From positions 1 through 56,521 of the forward strand of contig JAHBMJ010000115.1 in assembly GCA_018398765.1 (NCBI GenBank): a DNA stretch of 56,521 nucleotides. The letters are read 5' to 3'. Source of the stretch: Chromera velia. Taxonomy: Eukaryota. Shown here in pieces: positions 23,536-35,400 of this stretch (the stretch's first letter is position 1; every line of letters begins with the position of its first letter). The position numbers and the translations under genes are program-made. The notes beneath the pieces are model-generated. The model did no database searches. It saw only the letters and a list, made by a program, of their open reading frames with translations, and was not told the DNA's origin.

Positions 23536-25281
23536 TAGGTTAGAAAGGTTAAGTCACCATAATTTTATCCTTTTCTAGGCCATGTTCAAAAACTTTTCTG
23601 GGCCGTTACCGCGCTTCTCCGCATAGTTAAGAACCGTTATACTTTCTGTTTCCCTTTTTTTTTCTCTGCAGGTGAAAGTATGTACTAAGTTTAAGCTTAT
23701 AGTGACCACAAAACAGCGTACAAGACACTATAAGGCACTCTCTTATTAGTGTAGTAATTCAAAATAGAGATAATGTCTGTGACAGCTCAATGTCATAGTT
23801 GGTGACTGTGGGTCTCAATTTTGGACTGAATTTTTCCGCAGTGACGGCGCAGTCAAAACCCAGTGAATCTGCATCCAAAGCTCCAAAAAAACACTATTTA
23901 AACACGATTTAAACACGATGATTCGTCGATGAGTCTCAGAGTCTGGCACTGAATGATGGATAATGGTGGATGGTGGCCTCAAAAAAGACTTTGAAGTGAC
24001 GGTATTAGTAGCCTATAGTAAAGTGTTGAAAATGTTTCAACCAAATCTTGAACTGATAGTAGCTTTAAATCATTTTGCCGCATTTCTGAAGTAGAGAAAA
24101 TATGTTAAAACAGTATCACTCTAGTTTAAAAAACAGTGTAAACACTAGTTTTATTATGATAGCATAGCCTTCTGGGGGGCCCTTCCTACTGTAGTTTAGT
24201 AAATTTAGAGCATCTGTGAAAGTTACTAAAGTACGGTAACTTTAGAGGGTCATGGACCCTAAAGTTACTGCACTATCTGGATAACTCTTAAAGTCTAAGT
24301 GTATGTATGTCATGCCCCGTGGTTGGCCAAAGCCTAAGTGGTGGCTCACCGGTTTTAACCGCCGTCGTGCATCCTGCTCTTGTGGGGGAGAAGGCAGGTA
24401 GGAGGGTTGGTTTGTTATGTGCTATATAGGTTTTATCTTTTCCAAGGACTGGGTACCTCCGTCTAGCATGCATGCTTAAGACTAAAGCAAAGGGGCCACC
24501 AAGTCTTGTAAGCCTTCATATGCTGCAGTGCTCTATGAAACCTAGGTTGAGTGAGCGTTTTATATGATATGGGGTTGTCCTCAAAGCCTTGTTAGTAGCC
24601 TGGGGTCTGGCATCGCTGGATCTAGGATTTAACGCTCAATCATTCATTCATTCACCACATATTAGTTTTATGTTACAGCTTTATATATCAAAAAAATGGA
24701 TAGACTAGTGAACAGAATAAAATTTTACGTTCAAACACTGATTATCAAGTTATTTTTATGCACTGCATGCCAAGTAAACTAGGATAAGATAGGATTTTAT
24801 CTAAGTTATCTTCCAGGGATGCCCCGGAGGATCATCCCCGCGGTTTAGCTATTGTCAGATATTAACTTGCACTACTAACTAATTTGTACGTGTTTCTATA
24901 GACGTGTTTACTCAGTTTTACAGTCTTTTTCATGAATTTTCATTTGTTGTCTAGTTTTTTGTCTTAGTCTTTTAAAAAATTAAAAAAAATATTAATTTTA
25001 ATTAATAATTTGCATAGAAATTTGCTAACTCCTAGTACGCGTAATTAAAAAATCAAATCATATGTATGCGCGACAGCTAGCCTGAGGTGCAATAAGCTAC
25101 CGAAATCAGATTAGTAATCAAATTTTATTTAAATCGAAAGGCCAAAAGACTGTCCTACTGGCATATTTTTGCGATGATTGGTTTAAACACAGGTTTTAAT
25201 ACAAATTTATATACACATTCACAGAAGCTTGACGCTCTTAGCGTCATCTCAGCGTCGCTCTGTCTACCACATCTACATCCG

Positions 25282-26703
25282 TCAGGCCGAGGCCAAAGGA
25301 CCCGCTGGGTTGAGAGTCCAAGCAATGCCTACGGCCAGTAGTGCCCCGATGCTCGTATTGAAGAGGTTCACCAATTCATTGTTCAACCAGGGAATCTGAA
25401 CAGCAGGTGCAAGGACAAAAAAACGCACACATAATTTCACAACCAGAACACCAACCCTGTGGCGTGTTGTGTCACAGCAGAACTGTATCAGTATGCATAT
25501 TTCTGCACACGTGAAAAAATGTGCCGGACATAGTCGCACAGAAAACGTGACGCACACGCTGGCAGACCGACAGAGAAAGGAATCAAGAAACCAATCAGCG
25601 AATAAATGCAAAAGCAGTCAACACAAAGAAACCACTGGCACGGGGGAAAAAGAAAAAGACAGTGAAAAAAGGAAGAACAAATGAAAACAAGTACAAAAGA
25701 AAGTAAGAGAGAAACAGGGAGGGAGAGGAAGGGAGATAGACCGAGACTATGTGTGTATGTTAGAGAGAAGGGGAGCGAGAAGCGACACATAGACAGACAC
25801 GCAGAGAAGGGGGAAAAAGAAAATGGTGTGAGAAAAAGAAAAGAGGAACAAAGGAAAGTAGAAGAAAGCTGTGGGCGTCCGAAGGTCCCGGAATACTCCT
25901 CCCTCCTCTCTCTTCTCCCTCTCTCCTTTCTTCCCCTTATCATCCCCTCTGCTTCTCTCGCGTCAGCGAATTTCCCATGCAGACTTCCACTCACCTTGTC
26001 TTGCACTGAGGCCCCCAGCGCGCTCTCGAAGAAGTTGGCCACAAACGCGGCCCCCATGCACAGAGGGATATCCTGAGAGAGGAGGAAGAATGGCACTCTC
26101 TTTTTGAGAGGTGCTACTTTGCATGAAGACAGCTGCCAATCACAACAGAAGGATCCGAAGAAAAATGAAAGGGTGAATATGGAACAGGCAAGAAAACCAA
26201 AAAGAAAGGAGTGACATGCCGGCTCTAAAGAGGCGAGACGGAAGCAAGAAAGGACCGAGAACAAACACAAGTAATGGACAAAGCAATTCGCCGAGTACGG
26301 ACATCTCTTTTCTTGGGACTGAAAGAAAATGCAAGGCAGAATGCTGCCTGATGCTTTTGAAGGTCGACGACAAAAAACAAATGTCGTTTCTCCCCATCGG
26401 AAGAATAAAAACGCGTTTCCAAAAAACAAGACAGCAAGAGACCAAATTCAAGCCGAGGCGCAGGGAAACCTGAGGCCAGATTCGCATGAGTGTACGAGAG
26501 AGAGGAATGAGCAAGGGGAGAGAAGAGCGACGAACTACGTTCGTTAAAAGCCACAGACGAGATGCAAAAGACGGACTTGACAAACCGACCGACTGACCGA
26601 CCGAGGGTTGGATGAGCCCCGTTGCCGTGCCAACGAGAGCCTGAGCGAGAGACCCCGCGACACCAGCAAGAGTCCCCTCCAACGACACCTGCAGGCGTGC
26701 ATG

Positions 26704-26742
<39 letters not shown>

Positions 26743-28731
26743 TCCCAACAGAGTAAGTTGAAAGAAGCTTGGAGACCTGGTTGAACATTCCCTGCAGGGC
26801 TTCTGTACGTGAATGCAACCACGGAGGCTCACTGACGAAAACTACGCGCACGACGAGCAAAGAGACTCAAGTGCAAGACACGTGCACTGAATGAACTCAG
26901 ACTTCCAAGGGAAAGAAGCACAAGGACGTAAAGGCTGGCAACCGAGCAGATAGATCCAAACTGGAACCTCTCGAAAGAGAATAGAACCATCGACAGATGT
27001 GACCAGGGGAGAGGAAGCGACCCGATTGAACATGGTCTAACATACGTACGGGAGTGAAGTGGAAGAGGCTCGCGGATGAGAAGCAGGCGCGTGACGAGCA
27101 CAAAGGGATATGAGAACCATGACGACCTCAAGGGCAAGACATGTGCTCTGAACTGAGTTTGAAGGTAAGGGAGGGAGCAGAAAGAGAAGAGAAGAAGATG
27201 CCGGGTGCAACGGGGTCAACGGACCCAAAAGAGTCTTTATCGTCGGACTCACACAGATCTCACGTCCATGCAAACTTGATATTTTAGCATGCTTCATGCA
27301 GGAAGGACATATATATACACAGAAAGAAAAAGAGTAAGAAAGAAAGAGACTTACCGCCCCCTCCGTCCCTGGCGGCACTGGCTCTAGCGTCGTGCTCAGG
27401 AAAGTGTTCTTTCCGAAAGCCTTCCCGATTTCTGAAGCACACGTGTCCGACAGTTTAGTTGCGAATCCCGCAACTGCCCCCAGTTGAAAGATTCCCCTTA
27501 GCCTATCGTCATTTGCAAAAACAACAGCAAGCATTGCACACACAGTCGAAGCAGCAGCAGAACCCCACACCTGCATACAAACACGAATAAACCAAAGTCG
27601 AATCCAGAGCCACCTGCAGACAGAAAGCAGTGACGCCCTCCAAAATAATTTGGCGCCTCGTCCCCCCCTCCCTTCAAGTGCTTCCCTGCTGCATCCCTCG
27701 ATTTCTTTTGTCAGGGGTGCCACCTACCCACAGGAGTGCCCCCTCTCATTGATGAGGGAGGTCCACAAAATGTAGTTGGGTGAATTCTCTCTCTCAGTCT
27801 CAGCGCGTCTCCGTTTCCCATTTCTCCTTCCCTTCTCCCTTCGCTGCACCCCCATCCCTCCCCGCTTTTCGTCTATTCCCTCCTTCGTTTCCGTCCCCTT
27901 TCGCCTTCCCTTGCCCCTAGGTGCGTTGTATTACAACCCATCCATACATGTTCCCTCCACCGTATGTCGCCTTCCCCTACTCTGCGTTTTTTCCCTGTGA
28001 CCGGTCGCTCACTCTTGCTTCTCCTACTCCTTTCCTACCTTCTTCTTTCCCCCACCCGTCTGACCCAATTCGCCTCCCATTTGTGTCTCTGTGTCTTTCC
28101 TCTCTGGTAGTTTTTGCGACAACCAACCTCTCTTTGTGTCTCTCCTCGTTCTGAGTGTCAAGGCTCCCTCCCTCCGTCTCACCTTCCCTCCCCCCCCCCC
28201 CCNNNNNNNNNNNCCCCCAACCTCCGATGCTTGAGAACTGACTTGTGAAGGTTCACGCCTGCCCCCTCTCTTCTCTGCGATTCCCTGTCGCTCCTTCTCT
28301 GCCTTTCTGATCTTCGTCACGATGGACCCTCCAATCAAGTAGAAGGTCCCCGACACCCACCCCGGCCACCCCAGACACGCCCACATGGCCGTCCCCAGCA
28401 TCCAGGAGTGAAAGAGGCCCCCGGGAGTCAGCACGTCCTGCTTGGCTGCAGTCAGGAGGGCTGCAGAACCACAATTGACCAGCAGAGACTGCGTGACCTG
28501 CTCCTGGTACGCTGGGTCCACAAAGTCTGTTAGCAGGGAGGAGACAGAAGTGGAGACGGGAGAAGATGCCGTCTCCTCTTTGTGCAGGCGCCGAGAGCCG
28601 GGCCTGAGTGCTGGAACACTTGACCTCTTGGCACTTGACGCAGCGGGACTGCCTATCCGTTGAGGAGGTGAGAAGGCGCAGCCTCTTTCTGAGGCTGCAG
28701 CGATGGAGACGGCACAAGCGAAGAGACGCAT
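25282..28731 (-). CDS. VTE6: DUF92/TMEM19-family membrane protein, VTE6 (phytyl-phosphate kinase)-like, 327 aa, probably plastid-targeted. Exons 28731-28243, 27570-27355, 26688-26602, 26072-25995, 25395-25282
   Basis: Four GT-AG phase-0 introns join into GIAEKRGGRREPSQVWGSAA, ATKLSDTCASEIGKAFGK, PVPPGTEGAVSLEGTLAG, ANFFESALGA and WLNNELVNLFNT, all characteristic of plant VTE6 and cyanobacterial DUF92 proteins. N-terminal leader has an AF|SP motif followed by an S/R-rich stretch. Confidence 0.88.
28203..28213. other. Assembly gap (N run) within a poly-C tract, intron 1 of the VTE6-like gene
   Basis: 11 Ns flanked by C runs. Confidence 0.99.
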
Positions 28732-29429
28732 AGAGAGGGTGGTGACTTCTCAGGACAAAAGCAGAATCTCCCTTGCGACAGATCCTCCCTAGGAAACAGA
28801 TCTTCTCTTACTCTGTGAGACCAATCGAATCTGGACAAGTTGACCGAGCTCTGTGTGGAACTCTCGAGGCTGTTGAAGCCTCAAAACGCGTTAACCCCCA
28901 GCTTTTGGCTTGCATGGGGCCCCGGCATGCCCATGCATGCATGCATGCATGAAATGCATGAATTGCACGTGCGCGCGTTTTGCGCGCGCGCGCGTCTTTT
29001 CTCACCCTTTGCATGCATGCATGAATTGCGCGCGCGCCGTCTCCTTTTTCTACAGAGGAGATACGACCTTCCTTTCCATTTCCTCTACAGCCCACAAGCA
29101 CAGGTTGCAGGTCAGCCGCATAGCTCTCACATCTGTTCGACTTCCCTTGGTTGTGGCTACTGGCCTCATGCCCGATGCTCTTCCCCAAAACTCATGAAAT
29201 TCTTTTGTCTGTGTTGCTTGTCAAAAGGTAAAAATGGTCGAGATTTTGGGCGTAGATGAGAAAACCGGACCACAAAGATCGCAACGAAACAAATTGTCTT
29301 CATTCGCTGATCGTCCGACTGTCTGCTGCAATTTGAATAGGACAGTCGCGAGTCATTGAGAGGACCAGGGGCTTGGCCCAGAGGTACGAATTAACTTTGA
29401 TCGGTTGATCTTTAATCCTTTGCTTCAAG
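28732..29429. promoter_or_regulatory. Putative bidirectional promoter with TGCATGCA and (GC)n clusters
   Basis: 698 bp between divergent ATGs; 28910-29040 holds (ATGC)n runs and GCGCGCGC tracts in a duplicated module. Confidence 0.5.
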
Positions 29430-32400
29430 ATGCCGGCGAGAACTGAAGACCCCTTCGAGGGCGCTCGGTGCAAATTCCTTTTGAAGAGGGACCTTGACAG
29501 GATACTCACGGTCCTCTGTAACTACCTGGCACTTGGCCAGTTCGAACTTGCCCGTGCGTTGCTGCTGCAGATAGCGAAGCGATCCTTCGAGACGGCAGTC
29601 CGAATCCTTTCTGTTATTCTGTGGTACGGCCCTCCCCCCACCTTCCTCTGCTCTGTCTCAGTGCCCAGCTCTGCGCACTTACAGTGGCTCTGCTACATAG
29701 AGTACTGCTCCCTCCTGGAGGACAGACAGGAGACGGAGGACGCCCTCCCCTCCTGGCTGGTCAAGAGACTGGAATTTGATGTGCTCTTGGCACAGGCACT
29801 TTTGGACTGTGCAGCACACGGCACCGTCTGTCTGACAGCAGACGTCGCCTCGGAACTCCGTCTCTACCACGCGACGCTGGTTGACGCTCTGTGCACATCC
29901 ACCGCCACAGATGGAGAAGACACAGTGCACCCGTCTCCGTCTCCCCCAGCCTACCCAGACTTCCCGCCCGGGTTTGCGGGCATGGGCCTGCAGGGGTACT
30001 CTTCAGGACCCCCCAAGCAGTGGACCATCCCTGCTTTGAGACTGCTTCCAGTTCCAGGTTTGCCTCTCCCTGTGAGCATGTGCCTTCTCCCTGGACAGAG
30101 CGTGAGGGGCGTTTCTTCAGCAGGTGCAGAGACGGACAGAGAGAGAGAGAGGGAACGAGAAGGGGATCCGTGGGGGACAAGCGGCTTCGGCTTGCTTCAC
30201 CTGTCCAGCCGCGCTGTACATCAGTTGTCGGCTCTTGTGAATTCACAGCCTTTGTTGGGTCACGCGCTTTGTGCTGCCCTGGTGCCCTCTGTGAACTCCG
30301 TCATGAGTTATTCGAACTCTGAAAGCTCAACAAGGGGTCCTCCTGACCTCTTCTCTCTCCACGGAGAGGACGAGACGGGAAGCAAGAACAAGAACAAGCG
30401 CAGGGAGACGGGAGAGAGGGATCAAAGAGGGACAGGGAAGCTGGGAGGAGACGGGTTGACGAGACCCGTGCATGCAAATGCAGATCCGAGCACTCTGCGC
30501 TATGCAGCTCATCTCGCATCCTCTCGTCGGTCTGCTCGCATGGAAATGGGGAAAGCCAGAGCGCTCGCAGATGGAGGTGGAATCGCTTCCCAGGTCCAAC
30601 CTCAGACCGCCCTCTCTCTTTTGCTTGCGTCAACCCTAGAGCAAATGCACGTCGCGTTGGTCGCGTCCTCTCTGACGCATTCCCTGTCGCTCTCCCTCTC
30701 TGCACCTCCCCACCTCCCCCCCTTTCCCTTGCAATTGCAGCGGCACAAGCTAGGGGGAATGCGGAAAGGAAGTGCCGTCGTGTGGAGGTACTTGAGCTTC
30801 CTCAATCTTCGCAAGGCCGCCTTGCCGATCTTTCTAGGTGCCGGACTGGGCCCACTCCACCAAGCTCTGCCCCCCATTCTGCAATTTCCCCCCGACCCTT
30901 CTGACCACCAACAACAGCAGAGCAAGGACAGAGACAGAGGGGGGATGCAGACAGAGCACAAAGAACATCTGCAGCTCCAATGCAGCCTCCCGATTTTGGA
31001 GCTCCTGGCAGTCCTTGCCTTGCTTTTCGATGACAGCCAAGGACAAGGGGCGGTGGGAGGGAGCCGCACACTTCTGCAGGGGGGCCCCGGCTCTATGCAC
31101 GCCCATGGGGGTAGTGGGCCCGGGGCTGGGGGTGCGATGAGCAACAGAGCCCTGTTTCACTCCCTCACGCAGCGCCTTGCAGTGCTTACGGGTGCCCACT
31201 CGACCCGCCATGAGGCCCTTCTCTCCCGTCTGGCTCAGGCAACTGCTGCAGGGGGACCGGAGGAGGAGCGGGAGAGGCCGGGGGAGGGGGGGCGTGGCCA
31301 CTTTCAGGGAGGAGACGGCCCCCCCATTTACGGAAACTCCGCATCCCCGTCTCCCCCAGGGACTGTGCCCGGAGGGGTGCCTGTAGGGCCCCCGGGGTTG
31401 GGGGGGAGGGGACGGTCGGGCAGGGAGACGGGGGAAGAGAGTTTTGGAGACGGCAGCCTGTTGGGATGGCTGTTGGGGGGGAAGAGAGACGGATTGCAGT
31501 ACGGAGAAGGGGGAGAGACGGGAACAGGGTCAAGCGGCCTGGTGGTGACTCCCGACAGCGCTCGTGAGATTATGGGCACACTCGTGACGGCACTCCAGAA
31601 ACCTTCAGCCAGACCTCGGTAGGCTCTTTCTGGAATTACTTGGATCTCTACTTTGCTCTCTCTTGCCTTCCTTCCGGTTTTCATTACAGTAACTCCTCAT
31701 CTGTTCCCTCCCCCTTTCCTTCCTTCCTTTCTTCCTTACTTCCTTCCTTCATTCGTTCGTTCCTTCGTTCATTCTTTCCTTCCTCCCTCCATTCATTCAT
31801 TCATTCACTCATTCATTCGTTCCTTCCTTTCTTCCCTCATTCATTCGTTCATTCATTCATTCATTCATTCGTTCATTCGTTCGTTCGTTCGTTCCTTCCT
31901 TCCTTCCTTCCCTCCTTCCTTCACTCGTTCGTTCATTCTTTCCTTCCTTCCTTCCTCCATTCATTCATTCATTCATTCATTCATTCGTTCCTTCCTTTCT
32001 TCCTTCCTTCATTCGTTCCTTCCTTCCTTCATTCATTCATTCGTTCATTCATTCGTTCCTTCCTTCCTTTTTTCCTTCCTGCCTTCCTTCCTTCCTTCCT
32101 TCTTTCCTTCCTTCCTTCCTTCCTTCCTTCCCTCCTCTCTATCTCTCTTTTTCTCTCTCTCTTTCTACCTCTCTTACTGTGTCGGTATGTATATGTGTGT
32201 TGCTGGCATGTATGTGTGAGCCCGCGTGCTCGGGTCCACTTTCCTTTGGTTTCTCTGATGCAATTTCCAGATTCACGCATGTGCTATTCTTGCCTTCCCC
32301 TCCTCCCTGCCCACAGTCTCTGGAGCCGGGCGCCCCCCCCCGGATCTTCTGCCTCTCACGTCGCCGCGCACCAGGGGGGCCTCAAACACGGACACCCAAG

Positions 32401-35400
32401 GGGAGTCCCTCCAATGCACCAGCACCACCCTCATGGAAGGCACCACCACCACCACCAGACAGGCTCAGACGGTCCCCGGCGTCTCGCAGAGGGCACTCGC
32501 GCCCCTTCCAATTTCTTCTCCAAGCTTCTCTCCCGTATGGGAACCTCAGGCACCTACTTCCCCCACCCCTCGGGCCCGGGGGGGACCGCCGGGGGCCCAC
32601 CGTCACGTCCGAGCCGGCCGGCGGGGTCGAAGGGCTCCAAGGGGGGCTCTGCAGCGCACCCCCATGGTTTGGTCCAGGGCAGAGGGTCACTGCCGCCGGC
32701 CCCTGCGCTCTCGTTGCAACAAGGGTCGGCGCATCCGCACAGCCCCGGCCACGGGGGGGGAGAGTCGGACGCAGAGACGGAGAGAGAGACGATAGCAGAT
32801 GCCGCAGATGACGGCGTGAGCGTCCGTGAGTACGGAGAACGCACCGAGGTTGCCAGCGTGATGTCCGAGGATGATGCAGGAGGCTCTGCGTGCCCCTCTG
32901 TCTCGTTCTCAATGGCAAATGCTGGCGGATTTCGAGGGTCGGTCTACGACTTTTTTCGAGCGATCTACGTGCTCATGTTTTTCTTCATACAGACGGACTC
33001 TGGTCAAAATCATTTAGTATCCCGGGCAGGCCTTTCTCTCACGTCTTTGCTTTGCTTGGATGGTTTGAGCAAACTCTCAGACCAATCACGCCTTCCTTGG
33101 TTGGTTTGTAAATTAGTTTAATTTAATTTAATTGCCTTGCCTTTCCTCGACGGACTTCTCGTCATTCTCTCTTGATTTTTCTTCACTTTTTTTCTTGCTG
33201 TTTTCCCGCTCCTCCCCCCTTCCCCCTTCCCCCCTCCCCCCCCGCAGGCTGCACGGACAGAACTGGGCCGACGGAGGAGGGGGGGGATCGAGACCCTCGA
33301 TGGCACACTCACAGGCCAACTCCCGTCTGAAGTTGTACGAGTCTCTGCTCAGCCACGGAGAGCCCTACACAGCTGTCAGGGTCCTCAGTCTGCTCAGAGA
33401 CGCGCTGCTTCACGCCAAAGCAGCCCGAAGCGAGAACCTGCCCCCTGCATTCGAGCTCCTCGCCCCCCCTCCCCCATCTCAGGGACACGCCTCGCCTCCC
33501 GGAGGGGGTCCCTCACGGGAGACAGGAGAAGACGGGGGAGACGGGTGGGGAGACAGAGACAGAACGGGAACCAGAGACGTTGTCAGACGCGTCCCTGGAA
33601 AAGGAGAGCGTGGAGGCCCTGCAGGACACACTCACCGTCCTCCCGGTCACACCCACGCAGGTGCTGGTGGAGGGGGTGTTGGAAAAGGGGGCCTTCCTCG
33701 TTCTCCCCTAGTCGGCGCGTCTGCCTCTGCTGTACAGGTGCAGAGGACCTGGGAACCTAGCGTGAGGTTCTGGGACGATTTCTTTGAATTCACAAGAGTC
33801 GCAGCCGTCCACTCACTCGAGTCCGTCCGGGAAGAGTCAGATAGGGAGTTTGGGTCTGCATATTTTGGGGTTCTTTTCTTCATATCCTTTTCATTTATTC
33901 GTTGGTGTTCTCTGAAGAATCCGTGGTCGACCTCTAAGGAAAAGAATGTCTTGCTGGCTCGGTACTGAGTTCCGGTGATTCTTTGGGAGGCCTTGGACCA
34001 CAGCTTTCCTCTTCCTCAGTGCTGTTTTTGATTTCTTTTGTGTTTTTTCTCCGTTCTTCTTTTCTCCTTTTCTTCATGTGGTCCTTGGGTATCAATTTAG
34101 CGGTGCGTGGGCTGGTCTGATTCTCTTTTCGACAGCAATTTCTTTCAGTGGTTTCTTCAATGGTTCCTTTCATGTCTCTTTTTCCTGAATGCAGGTGGCT
34201 GGTGACAACGGCCCTTCAGCTGATTCACAAACGTCACTTCTCCCAGTGCAGACTGATGCTGTCTCCCTTCCCCCAGCTCTGGCCCCTGACGCTTCTCCTC
34301 AGCTGGCCCCTCTTCCATGGGGACGTCTCCGCGAGGCAACACCTTCTAGACGTATTCTGGACGGCATACAGGGAGGAGACGGGGGCAGGGGTCGGGAGGG
34401 CGGTGGAAAGGAGAGGGGACAAGGAGAGGAACAGAGACGGGGAGGCGGCACAATTGGGCGTCTCCAGAAGGGGGGACAGGGCGATCGATCAATATGTGGA
34501 GGTGCGCAACTTCTTTCTTTCGTTATCGCTTGACTTTCTGTGACTTGTTTCGCTGGTTCTCTTCTTTTACGTGAATTCGGTTAGCGTTGCTATCTAAGCT
34601 TCGACGGGTTTTGGAGGTCTGTCTTTTGGGGCGTCAGTGCAGAGGTTGGATGGCGAGCCTTTTCTTTTTTTTGTCTTCCATCCAACCCTCTTGGCCGGTC
34701 TTTTTTTCTCTTCTTTTGTCGTCTCTTTTCTGCAGGTATTAGATTACCATCTGTCTGTGTCCTGGTGGATTGCGAAGACCACCCACCAACACGCACAAGC
34801 AGGAAGACCGACTGGCCTCCCCTCCCCTGTCCCCCCACAGAGGAGACAACAGGAAACGAAGAAAACAGGAGGAGATGTGGCAGCAGAGAGGGAGACGGAT
34901 GGTCGAAAAGACAACGGAGGAAACACTAAGGGCCCCCCACAACTCCACGCCCAGCAGCCTCTGCAGGCCCTCTCTCTCTCTGCCACTGGGAGCGCTGTGT
35001 ATGAGCTGATCACTCGTCACTCGATTCTCTTCGTCCTCCGCCCACAGCTTCCCCTCTCGCCGGCAGATGCGGTGTTGAAGGCCCTCGCAGAACTGCCGCA
35101 GCTCAGCCAGACACCATTCAGACTCGAGCACAGCCTAGATAGCGACATCGCCAGAAGCTACTACGCATTACGCTCTGCACTGCAATTGGTTGAAACGTCC
35201 GTCGGTTGTTTCTCTCTGTCGAGAAGACATTTGAACAGGAAGGAATCGACGTGGAATTTCTCGTCCGATCGGCGTTGTCTTCTCTCTTTTTGCATGCAGA
35301 CTGTGTCCCCTTCTTGGTTTTGGAAGACTTTCTTTCAGCCCGCTTGTAAGTGAAGTGCAGCAGTCTTTCCCTCCCACCTTTGTTCCCCACATGAATGCAC

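Noticed and set aside
23536..25200. AT-rich tract as a defined transposon (likewise 890-1400, 16740-17380 and 52100-52850)
   Set aside because: Probably old repeat debris, but I found no termini, TSDs or coding motifs
31640..32316. SFLP/SFIH-repeat N-terminal part of a 493 aa ORF
   Set aside because: Lies in intron 1 microsatellite; only 32317-32937 is exonic
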